Below, one piece after another: positions 8,187 through 16,577 of a DNA stretch of 28,640 nt. The DNA is taken from positions 1 to 28,640 of the forward strand of contig CAZHPN010000065.1 of the NCBI GenBank assembly GCA_964534375.1. Reading direction: 5' to 3'. The position numbers and the translations under genes were made by a program. Origin of the DNA: an uncultured bacterium. Lineage in GTDB: Bacteria; Lernaellota; Lernaellaia; Lernaellales; Lernaellaceae. Within the stretch, counting starts at the first letter, position 1; every line of letters starts with the position of its first letter. Below the pieces are notes generated by a model. That model was not told where the DNA came from, ran no database searches, and saw only the letters and a program-made list of their open reading frames with translations.

Positions 8187-9887
8187 TTGTCCGAACCCAC
8201 GCGCCAATCGCCGCCGACGGTCTGGCTTTCGCTCGGGGTTGCGCTGCTGACGCTGGCTGTTTTTGCGCCGGTGCTGCGCGCCGAATTGGTCTTCGACGAC
8301 GAACGCACGATCACCGAAAACCTGCGGGCCCACAGCGTCGGCCAGGCGCTGACGATCTTGTCGCCGGCGAATTCGTGGATCGTCGGCGAAATGACCTGGC
8401 GGCCGTTGACCACGGGAACGTACGTCGTGGTCTACCCCTTTTTCGGCCCGCTTCCCGCGGCGCATCACGCCGTCGATTGGCTGCTGCACGCGCTCAACGC
8501 GGCGCTGCTGCTGGCGCTGCTGGCGCGGCTAGGCCTCGGCCCCGCCGCGGCGGCGTTCGGTGCGTTGTGTTTCGCGCTGCACCCGCTGGTCGTCGGCACG
8601 GTGTCGATGATTTCCTTCCGCGAAGAAACGCTCTCGGCGGCGATCGGGTTGAGCGGCCTGCTGCTTGTGCTCGCCGAACGCCGCGCGCGCCGCGCCGCCG
8701 GGCTCGGGATGATCGGCCTCGCGCTCTTCGTCAAGGAAACCGGCGTCTCGTTCGGCCCGTTGGCGGCGCTGCTGCCGCGTCCCGGCGGCGGTCGCCGTTG
8801 GCGCGACGCCGCGACGCCGATCGCCGTATCGCTCGTGGCGCTGGCGTTGCTGCTCTGGGCCGATCGGTCGACGACGATGTTCGCCGCCGTGGCGAAACAA
8901 GCGGCCGTGCCGTGGGCGGCGCGCTTTTCCCACGCCGGCGAAACGCTGATGGCGTATCTGCGCAATCTCTTCGTCTGGCAGGATCTGTCGCCGGTGCACG
9001 ACGACGCGATCCGCACGACGTTCGGCTCGGCGGCGTCGTTCGCCGGCGTGGCGCTCTTGCTGCTGCTGGCCGGGGCGGCGACGTACGGCTTGTTCCGCCC
9101 GAATCGCGGCTCGCTGGCCGCGGGGATGATCCTCATCCCCTTGCTGCCGACGTTGAATTTGCTCGTTCAGGCTTGGACCGCGCAGTCGGACCGGTTTTTC
9201 TATCTGCCCATGTTGGGCGTGGGTCTCGTCGCCGGCTGGTCGCTCGATCGCCTGCTGGCGCGTGCGCCGGCGGAAGGCCGCGCAACACGATGGCTGACGC
9301 TTGCCGCGGCGGCCGCGATTCTCGCGCTGCTCGCTTGGGGCACGTGCCGCGAGATTCCGCGCTATCGCAACGCGTGGTCGCTTTACTCGACCGTCGCCGC
9401 GCGCCAACCCGGCTCGGCGCTCGGCCAATTTTATTACGGGCAGCAATTGATCGACGTCGGCCGGCCGGCGGAGGCGACGAAGATCCTGGCGCCGCTTTTC
9501 GCGAAATATCCGGAGAACCAGGCCGTCGACCGCGCCTATGCGCGCGCCCTGCTCGACAGCGAGCAGCCGCGCGAGGCGATTCGCGTGCTCTCGGGCCGAG
9601 AATTGAGCGGGCCGACCGGGGCTGCGGCGATGGTCACGCTGCAAGCGGCATACGTGGCGGCCGGCGAAACCGAGGCGGCGATCGCGCTGGGCGAGCGGTG
9701 GCAGGACGCGCCGGCGATCGGCGACGGCGATCGCGCGCTGCTGGCGGCCAACGCCGCGGTTGCGGCGGCGCAACTGGGCCGTGCCGCGCAGGCCGCCGCG
9801 TTCGCGCGGCATGCGCTGGCGCTGAACCCGAATCTGGTCGGCATGCGGCCGATTGCGGACGCGGCGCCGGCGGAGCCCAAACCGTAA
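8187..9887 (+). CDS. TMTC-like GT-C membrane glycosyltransferase (putative O-mannosyltransferase) with C-terminal TPR repeats
   Basis: AGGAGG RBS, TTG start; motifs FDD, WRPLT, FALHP..V..IS.R, KETG, DRFFYLP, YRNAWSLY; many TM helices followed by helical TPR-like repeats. Confidence 0.8.
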   Translation: MSEPTRQSPPTVWLSLGVALLTLAVFAPVLRAELVFDDERTITENLRAHSVGQALTILSPANSWIVGEMTWRPLTTGTYVVVYPFFGPLPAAHHAVDWLLHALNAALLLALLARLGLGPAAAAFGALCFALHPLVVGTVSMISFREETLSAAIGLSGLLLVLAERRARRAAGLGMIGLALFVKETGVSFGPLAALLPRPGGGRRWRDAATPIAVSLVALALLLWADRSTTMFAAVAKQAAVPWAARFSHAGETLMAYLRNLFVWQDLSPVHDDAIRTTFGSAASFAGVALLLLLAGAATYGLFRPNRGSLAAGMILIPLLPTLNLLVQAWTAQSDRFFYLPMLGVGLVAGWSLDRLLARAPAEGRATRWLTLAAAAAILALLAWGTCREIPRYRNAWSLYSTVAARQPGSALGQFYYGQQLIDVGRPAEATKILAPLFAKYPENQAVDRAYARALLDSEQPREAIRVLSGRELSGPTGAAAMVTLQAAYVAAGETEAAIALGERWQDAPAIGDGDRALLAANAAVAAAQLGRAAQAAAFARHALALNPNLVGMRPIADAAPAEPKP

Positions 9888-9899
9888 CCGGATCGGCGG

Positions 9900-11372
9900 T
9901 TACGGCGCTTCAGCCGGCGGCGGCAGATAGAAGAACATGCCGCCCACATTCGCCGGCGGCGGATAGTACCGGGCGATTTCGGCGAGCAGCGCGGCCGGGT
10001 AGCGGTCGGCGGTGATGAGCGACGGTCGCGCCGCCGGGCTATCCAGGGCGATCGCCGCGTAACGGCGCTGGCGGACTTTTTCGAGATACGGCGCCAGCGG
10101 CAACACCCCGCGTGCGAACAGCCGCTTCAGCAGGAACGGATTGACCAAGTCGAGATCGCGCCGGCCCGCCAGCAGCGCATACCCGACATTCTCCAACAGC
10201 AACGGCCCGTCGCCCGCGTGCCGCAGCAGCGCGACCCGTTGCGCCTCGACCCGCTCGTACCGGCCGGCGAAAACGTCGTGCAACAGCCGCGGCGCCGCGA
10301 GAGCCGCCAGCGCCGCGACGACGCCGAGCGCCGCCACCGCGGCCCAACGCCCGAGGCCGCGTTCGATCGTCGCCAGCGCCACGCCGACGCCGATCGCGCA
10401 GGCGACGCTGAATTCGATGAAGTAGAAGCGGCTCGAGCCTTCTTTCCCCAGCAACGCCAGCGCCGCGAGATTGAGCGCCAGATACCACGGCGTCGGCGAC
10501 GCGCGCCAGCCGCCGCGCCCAAACCCGATGAACGCCGCCAGCAGGCCCGCCCATGCCGGCACGTGCGACGGCGAGTGCGAGAGCAAATGCCATTCCACGA
10601 AATATTTCATCCGCAGCCAGGTGAAGCCGGTCCCGGGGTAGACGAGCATCGTCTTCAAGAACATCCTGTGCGACGCGCACTCGCTCAACCCGAGGGTCGC
10701 GAGCATCAAGCCGCCGTACAAAGCGATAAACTGCGCCGCGCGCCGCCGGTCGCTCGTCAACAACCACAGCGTCAACGCCGCCGGGCCGAGGATCGCCGTC
10801 TGCTTGACGAACCAGCCCGCGACGCCCAGGCCGGCCGCGGCGGCCAGGCCGCCGAGACGCGACGAAAAACGCCACCCGACAAACAGCGCCGCCGCCGAGA
10901 AAAAAACCGCCAGCGAGTCGGCGCGCACGACCACCGCGTACAAATCGATTTCCGGCAACGTGAAAAAGAAACCGGTGGCCGCCAGGCCCCACGTCGTCGC
11001 GCCCGTCGCGCGCCGCGCGGCGAAGCCGGCGGCGACGGCGGCCCCCGCCAGCGCCAACAGGCTGATCAGGCGGCCCGGCAAAAACGGGCGCACGCCGCCG
11101 GCGAACCAGCGCAGCAGCAACGGATACAGCGGCGGGTAGTTGTAGATCGGCGTCTGGCCGGCCGCGGGATCGCCGTACAGCGGCCCGCCGGCGGCCCATT
11201 GCTCGGCCGCCACGATGCAGCCGCCCTCGAAATGTTCGATCGGATACGGCCAGAGCACGATGTGCGCGGCGGCGGCGAGCGCGGCCGCGGTCACGCCGAA
11301 CAGCACGACGAGCCCGATCACGAGAAACAAGGACGAGTTGAAAACACCGGCCGCTGGTTTCACGCGTTCCAC
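9900..11372 (-). CDS. GT-C fold membrane glycosyltransferase (ArnT/PMT-like); start uncertain (11372 GTG or 11408)
   Basis: Polytopic membrane protein with PIEHFEG, YNYPPLY, GRLIS, RADSLA and KQT motifs; AAGGGG upstream of GTG 11372. Confidence 0.7.
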   Translation of the reverse strand: MERVKPAAGVFNSSLFLVIGLVVLFGVTAAALAAAAHIVLWPYPIEHFEGGCIVAAEQWAAGGPLYGDPAAGQTPIYNYPPLYPLLLRWFAGGVRPFLPGRLISLLALAGAAVAAGFAARRATGATTWGLAATGFFFTLPEIDLYAVVVRADSLAVFFSAAALFVGWRFSSRLGGLAAAAGLGVAGWFVKQTAILGPAALTLWLLTSDRRRAAQFIALYGGLMLATLGLSECASHRMFLKTMLVYPGTGFTWLRMKYFVEWHLLSHSPSHVPAWAGLLAAFIGFGRGGWRASPTPWYLALNLAALALLGKEGSSRFYFIEFSVACAIGVGVALATIERGLGRWAAVAALGVVAALAALAAPRLLHDVFAGRYERVEAQRVALLRHAGDGPLLLENVGYALLAGRRDLDLVNPFLLKRLFARGVLPLAPYLEKVRQRRYAAIALDSPAARPSLITADRYPAALLAEIARYYPPPANVGGMFFYLPPPAEAP

Positions 11373-11467
11373 GTTGCCCCTTGTCCTTATGGTTGGCGCA
11401 TGGTGCAATATGTCGGCGCAAACGACAACCGGTCCTGCGCCGTCGTCTTGCGAAAGCGGGAGCCTCC

Positions 11468-12451
11468 ATGACCAACCCGGACGATTTCGCGACGCAGTTG
11501 GCGGATCTGCGCCGGCGGGCCGCCGCCTTGGCCGCGCCGAGCGTCGACGGCGCCGCGAACGCGCTGATCGCCGACCTGCTCGCCGCGCTCGCAGCCCTGA
11601 CGGAGGAATTGGCGACGAACGAGGAGCGCTTCCGCATCGTCACGGAAATCGCCGGCGACGTGGTGTACGAGCGGGACTTCGACACGGGGATCGCGCGGTT
11701 CTTTGGCGACGTCGACACGCCGCAGCGATTTGCCAAAGGCGAATACCCGCGCACGAGGGACGGCTGGGCGGACTTGTGCCATCCGGACGACGTGCGTGCG
11801 TCGCTGGAAGCCGCACAAGAGACTTTCCGGACGCGCCAACCGGTCACGGTGCAAATGCGTTTGCGCCGCAAGGATGGCGGCTACGCGACCTGGCTGGATC
11901 GCGGCGCCTTTCTCTGGGGCGCGAACGGCCAACCGACCAAATGGATCGGCGTCGCCACGGACATTTCGGAAAAGTTGCAGGCCGAGGCCGCGTTGCGCGA
12001 GAACGAGAAAAAACTGCAGGAACAGAACGAACTTCTGCAGCAGCGAGCCGCGGCCCTGCGCGAACTGATCGAGCAACTGAAGACCGAGCGAAGATCGTTG
12101 GAAGATCAGGTCCGCTCGCGTTTCGACCAGTCGGTCCGGCCGATGCTGCAGAAGGCGAAAGAAACGCTGCAGGTGACGAAGATTCGCGAGTTTCTCGAAA
12201 TTATCGACGAGTCCTTGCGGAGCGTCACGTCGTCGCTGGGCGAGGCGACGGGGCAGAACTGGGACTCGTTGAGCCGGCGCGAAGTCGAAGTGAGCCAGTT
12301 GATCCGCGACGGTTTGCCGTCGAAGCGGATCGCCGAATTGCTCGGCATCTCCTGCCGCAGCGTCGCGACGCACCGGCGGAACATCCGCCGAAAACTCGGA
12401 TTGCGCGCCCGAAAAATCAATCTGCCGACCTACCTGCGCAAATTCAAGTAA
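11468..12451 (+). CDS. PAS-domain LuxR-family transcriptional regulator (327 aa)
   Basis: GGGAG RBS; PAS_3 (W..LCHPDD...RLRRKDGGY.W..DRG...GVATDISE); coiled coil; LuxR HTH LSRREVEV..LIRDGLPSKRIAELLGIS.RSVATHRRNIRRKLG. Confidence 0.92.
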   Translation: MTNPDDFATQLADLRRRAAALAAPSVDGAANALIADLLAALAALTEELATNEERFRIVTEIAGDVVYERDFDTGIARFFGDVDTPQRFAKGEYPRTRDGWADLCHPDDVRASLEAAQETFRTRQPVTVQMRLRRKDGGYATWLDRGAFLWGANGQPTKWIGVATDISEKLQAEAALRENEKKLQEQNELLQQRAAALRELIEQLKTERRSLEDQVRSRFDQSVRPMLQKAKETLQVTKIREFLEIIDESLRSVTSSLGEATGQNWDSLSRREVEVSQLIRDGLPSKRIAELLGISCRSVATHRRNIRRKLGLRARKINLPTYLRKFK

Positions 12452-12646
12452 TCCGGCCGGGAAAACAGTATCGCGCCGTGGCCCGCGCGCCTTCGCGTGG
12501 AGAGGCGACGCCGGGAAATCACGCTCGGCGTCGTTTTTCGGGCGTTGGGAGTCGCGCGCGAAGGAGATAATAACTTGACGGCGAACGACCGGACGCTTAC
12601 CTATTCACTTGTTGCGAACCTCATCAGTACGCACAGGAGAAAAAGT

Positions 12647-13108
12647 ATGAAACGCTTCTATTTTCTCGCGGCCATCGCTGTGCTGCTCGTGGCCGTCGGC
12701 CTCGCGTGCAGCGCTTCCAGCAGCAGCGGGGGCAGTTCGCCGTCGGCGGACGACGACGCCTCGCCGGATGACGACGACGACGCCTCCGGTTGCACCAATC
12801 CCGCCCTCGTTCAATGCGCTGAGAGTGCCGCGAAGGCCTTGTCCACGTGTACGGCCGCTTGTCCGTCGTCGCAGGGTTCCTGCGATCAAACCAACTGCAC
12901 CTTCGGTTGCGAAATGACGCAAGGGAATGCTCTGATCGTTTGCGCCACGACGTACGATTGTCCCGAGACCGCCACCATCGCCAAATGCAACCAAGCGTGC
13001 GAGCAGGCCGGAATCGCTTGCCTGCAGCCGTTGTCCAGTTGCACCGATTTCAGGGCCCTTGGCTGCCTCGGCACAGAGGCGACGTGCGTCGAAAAGTGTC
13101 CCACGTGA
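12647..13108 (+). CDS. Cys-rich lipoprotein with Ser/Asp-rich linker (153 aa)
   Basis: AGGAG RBS, ATG 12647; signal peptide II ending LAC; SSSSGGSSPSADDDASPDDDDD linker; 16 further Cys. Confidence 0.8.
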   Translation: MKRFYFLAAIAVLLVAVGLACSASSSSGGSSPSADDDASPDDDDDASGCTNPALVQCAESAAKALSTCTAACPSSQGSCDQTNCTFGCEMTQGNALIVCATTYDCPETATIAKCNQACEQAGIACLQPLSSCTDFRALGCLGTEATCVEKCPT

Positions 13109-13378
13109 CGCCGGAACATGCGACTGGAGCAAGGTAGTCCAGCCGGTGCGCTACGAGCATGCTTCCGAATTCAAACAAGCCGGCCGGCGTCGCCGATTCG
13201 ACGCTTGCGCGCGCAGCCGCTGCAAGTGTGCGCGGTTGGTGCGGAGCGTCATTTCCTACGCATTATCTCCCTATTTTTGACGTATTTCGTTTTGCCGACG
13301 ACTCTGGATAGTTCACGAATTACCTGCGGCGCGCCAGCAGACGCCGTTACACGTTGCTCGAATTAGAAATTCAACTTC

Positions 13379-13792
13379 GTGAACGAAGAGTACAGAAATT
13401 TGGCGGAAGCCGGCGACGTCCCAGCCAATTTGCCACCGCTCCTCGCTTACGTATACGATCTCGACCGGTGACAAAACACGTATGTCACGGGATCGCTGTT
13501 CCGGCACTCCGGCTTTCTGCCCGAAGTGATCGACGCGATGAGTCTGGACTTTTTCAGACTGCTGACCCACGAGGCCGACAGCGCGCGGATCGCCGCGCAC
13601 CACGACGCCATGCGCTCACTGGCGCACGAGGCGATCCTGGAAACCGAGTTCCGCGTACGGACGCCGGCGGGGCAATGGCTTTGGCTTCTGATCCGCGACC
13701 GCCCGTTCAAGCGGGATCGAACCGGTCGGGTGACGCAGATTCTTTGCGTCGCCGAACAGCTTGTCGACCGCCGGCCAACCGCTGTGCGATGA
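13379..13792 (+). pseudogene. Stand-alone PAS domain gene interrupted by an in-frame TGA (13469-13471)
   Basis: One frame reads VNEEYRNLAE...PLLAYVYDLDR*QNTYV...HSGFLPEVIDAMSLDFFRLLTHEAD...ETEFRVRTPAGQWLWLLIRDRPFKRDRTGRVTQILCVA, a continuous PAS fold across the stop. Confidence 0.65.
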
Positions 13793-14003
13793 GCAAACCG
13801 CGCCGGCGATGCATGCGCTCGCGGGACGTCCTGGCGGCGCGATTCGGGTGGAATGGCTCTTGGTTTTGGGGACTGGCGAAGCAGGGCCGGATTAGGCACA
13901 ATATGCGTGGCCGCGGCGGCGTGATCGCCGCCCAGTAAACAAAGATATTGAACGAAGTCTCCACACGTATTCGGAACGCACTGAAAAAAGGAGGGTTGTC
14001 GCG

Positions 14004-14720
14004 ATGTCGTCCGTTTCTGCCGTCGACAGGGAAAAAACCGGAATCGATCGGCGAAGCGAGCCGCGTGTCTCCACGCGCGTGCATCTTGGTTTCGGCAAAG
14101 AAACGTCGGAGCACGCCGGATTCGGCTGGAACCTGTCCACGAGCGGCATCGCGATCTCCGGCAAGACGATCGTCGATTCCGCGGACACGGTCCATCTTGC
14201 CGTTCATTCGGCCGCCGGTCCGATTCCGCTGGTCGGAACCGTCCGCTGGAAAAGAACGGGCAACCTCTTCGTGCCCGAAACGTCGGATGACGCCTTTTAC
14301 GAGATTGGTCTGACGCTGGAAGCCGCGCCCAACGGGTACGCGAGCTTGGTCCAGCGAATCGCCGACGCTTTTCGCGAACGGCGCGCCGCCCCGCGGCTCA
14401 AGACCCGGTTGTCGACCGTCCTGGCCGCCGATTCCGTCAAAACGCTGCACTACGCGCTGGAACTCGCCGCGAACAGCGTCTTTGTCGCGACGCGGGCCAT
14501 GCTGGCCCCGCATGCCGCGGTCCAGTTGGAGATCGTACTCGGCGAGGACAGACGCCGGCTGAGCGTTGTCGCGGAGGTCGTGCGCGGCGTCAACAAAGAA
14601 CTGGCGCGGGCCAACAACGTCAATCCGGGACTGGCCCTCGTGTTCCGGCGCTTCCTCGGCGACGGCGAGGTGGCCCTCGCGGAATACCTCAGGGCGCGGG
14701 AAGCGTTTCTGCGCGGCTAG
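14004..14720 (+). CDS. Tandem PilZ-domain protein (c-di-GMP receptor)
   Basis: AAGGAGG RBS. PilZ1: DRRSEPR + NLSTSG. PilZ2: ERRAAPR + degenerate ELAANS, PGLALVF. Confidence 0.85.
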   Translation: MSSVSAVDREKTGIDRRSEPRVSTRVHLGFGKETSEHAGFGWNLSTSGIAISGKTIVDSADTVHLAVHSAAGPIPLVGTVRWKRTGNLFVPETSDDAFYEIGLTLEAAPNGYASLVQRIADAFRERRAAPRLKTRLSTVLAADSVKTLHYALELAANSVFVATRAMLAPHAAVQLEIVLGEDRRRLSVVAEVVRGVNKELARANNVNPGLALVFRRFLGDGEVALAEYLRAREAFLRG

Positions 14721-14796
14721 GCCGCGTAGCGCGGCGGCATACCACAGCTCATGTTGCAACGGCTTCGCCGCCTCGTTTTTTTTCGAGATAACCTGG

Positions 14797-16383
14797 CTAT
14801 CGCGCCGCCGGCGGCGCCGGTTCTTTCCGTCGCATGACGAGCAGCCATTTCCCGAGATAGTCGGTGTCAAATAACGCGCTGGCGTGGGTCTGGATGATCT
14901 TCAGGTTGCCGGGTTCGCCGGTCGCGACGATATGCGAATACTGGCCGCCCAGTTCGGGCCGTTCCAGATTTTCGACGAGGTTGACGGCCGGCAGCAGGCG
15001 CGGCTCCTTGACGCGGATCACGCCGGTGCCGAACAGCGCGCCCAGCCACCCGCCGCGTTCGACGATCGGGTAGTAACCCAAATAGCGGTACGGGTTGACC
15101 GAGTTGGGGAACGAATACGGATCGACCGCTTTCTCGCGATAGGGCCGGCCCTCGCGGAAATGAAAATGCGAATCGGCGATGTTAAGCACGCGGGCCTTGG
15201 CGTCGACGAACCGATCGAGCACGGCCGCGTCCTGCTTCGTCTGCCGCGCCGCCTGCGTCCACCACGCGCAATTCCACGCCAGCAGCGCCGCCAGCAGGCC
15301 GGTCAATACCCAATAGCGGCGCGGGCGCGCGGGCGCCGGCGATGTGACCGCGAGCGGCGCCAGCAGCAACCCGAGAAAAATAAAGCGCTGGCCGGGGCGG
15401 ACAACCTCATAAAGCTGCGAGGGCAGGATCATGCCGATCAGAATCAATAGACCCGCGGCGTAGAGCCACGGTTGGCCGCGATCGAATCGCCGTCGTAGCG
15501 CGCCGACAGCGACCACGAGCGGCACGGCGAGAATCGTCAGCGCGTTGATAGTCGCATTGATCCAAACCGCCCCATTCGGCGTCAGCGGGTAGTAGCTCGA
15601 CGCCGGCGCCCAGGGCCCGACCTGGAACCAGATGTAATAGAGCAAATTGTGAAAGGCGTAGACGGATTTGAATTCGCCCGAGCGCGCGTGGACATACCAC
15701 ACGAGTCCGACCAGCGCCGGGACGAACGCGAGCGCGAGCGGAAGCCAGCGCCGCAGGTCGGCGCGGAACGTCCACGCGGCCCAGACCAAGCAGACGATCC
15801 CGAGCATCACGAACGCCAGAAAATGGCTCAAGTAGATCGCGGTCGCCAGCGCCGCGAAGCACAGCCAGCCGCCGGCTTTGGCGGCCGCGCCGCGGCGGCG
15901 CAGCCAACCCACGGCCAGCAGAACGAACGCGAGGCCGAGCGCGAAATTGAAAAAGCCCATCAGGAAAAAATGATTCACCGCGTACATCGGCCCGAGCAAT
16001 TCGGCGAACGGGCGGTCGCGGCCGTCGGCGCGCAGGAAATAGGCCAGCGCCGCGATAAACAACACGATGTAGGCGGCGTACGCCAGCGCCGCGGCGCGGA
16101 AAATCGGGACGGCCTTCGCCAGCAGACCGATCGCCGCCTCGCCGAGCATGTTGGGGACCGGCCGCCAGGCGATGTCGTAATCTTGCGCCCAGGCCGGATC
16201 GTGCGGTTGGGCGATGATTTTGGCCTGCACGAGCCAGTCCATTTGATCCTGCAGCGGCGCGATCGGGGTGAACAGCGGCCAGGCAGCCAGAAAAATGGCG
16301 AAGGCGGCGAGCGTCAGGTTTCGCGCGCGACGGGAAAGCGGGCGCTCGCTGTTCATGGTCGCATCGGGCGAAACCGGTGTCAT
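14797..16383 (-). CDS. Polytopic membrane protein, probable GT-C superfamily glycosyltransferase (start 16383 or 16356)
   Basis: ~11 hydrophobic segments; first loop PLQDQMDWL...Y...PVPN; GFFNF; YLSH; soluble C-terminal domain. Confidence 0.65.
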   Translation of the reverse strand: MTPVSPDATMNSERPLSRRARNLTLAAFAIFLAAWPLFTPIAPLQDQMDWLVQAKIIAQPHDPAWAQDYDIAWRPVPNMLGEAAIGLLAKAVPIFRAAALAYAAYIVLFIAALAYFLRADGRDRPFAELLGPMYAVNHFFLMGFFNFALGLAFVLLAVGWLRRRGAAAKAGGWLCFAALATAIYLSHFLAFVMLGIVCLVWAAWTFRADLRRWLPLALAFVPALVGLVWYVHARSGEFKSVYAFHNLLYYIWFQVGPWAPASSYYPLTPNGAVWINATINALTILAVPLVVAVGALRRRFDRGQPWLYAAGLLILIGMILPSQLYEVVRPGQRFIFLGLLLAPLAVTSPAPARPRRYWVLTGLLAALLAWNCAWWTQAARQTKQDAAVLDRFVDAKARVLNIADSHFHFREGRPYREKAVDPYSFPNSVNPYRYLGYYPIVERGGWLGALFGTGVIRVKEPRLLPAVNLVENLERPELGGQYSHIVATGEPGNLKIIQTHASALFDTDYLGKWLLVMRRKEPAPPAAR

Positions 16384-16437
16384 TGTGAGTTGCTTTTGCC
16401 CGAAAGCCGGCGGAAACGCAAGCCCGTGAAGAGAGAA

Positions 16438-16528
16438 CGGGACTCGGGACTCGCGGTTCGAAATTCCGCAATCCGCAATCCGCAATCCGAAACCGGCAAT
16501 TCGCACCGGCAACTCGCAAACTTGCGAC
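16438..16528. repeat. Degenerate tandem heptamer array (CGGGACT x2, CCGCAAT x3 plus variants)
   Basis: cgggact cgggact cgcggtt cgaaatt ccgcaat ccgcaat ccgcaat ccgaaac cggcaat tcgcacc... between divergent genes. Confidence 0.8.
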
Positions 16529-16577
16529 GCGCCTTCGACCCGGCGTACGATGGCGCGCAACCTTTCCGGGAGACCGC

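Noticed and set aside
12790..13105. Multiheme cytochrome or ferredoxin interpretation of the Cys-rich lipoprotein
   Set aside because: No CxxCH and no CxxCxxCxxxC motifs; the mature domain has no His.
13118..13366. 82-aa ORF in frame with the PAS remnant
   Set aside because: No RBS or motif, atypical codon usage, and it crosses an AT-rich promoter-like region.
13469..13520. Selenocysteine recoding of the PAS TGA
   Set aside because: The position is not a Cys site in PAS domains and no convincing SECIS hairpin follows; kept only as a minor alternative.
13865..13935. GACTGGCGAA resembling the start of a ZTP (pfl) riboswitch (similar string at 36-45)
   Set aside because: The downstream GTGG..CCAC stem and the 3' CGCCTGGGC pseudoknot element are absent, and the gene context (PilZ) does not fit.
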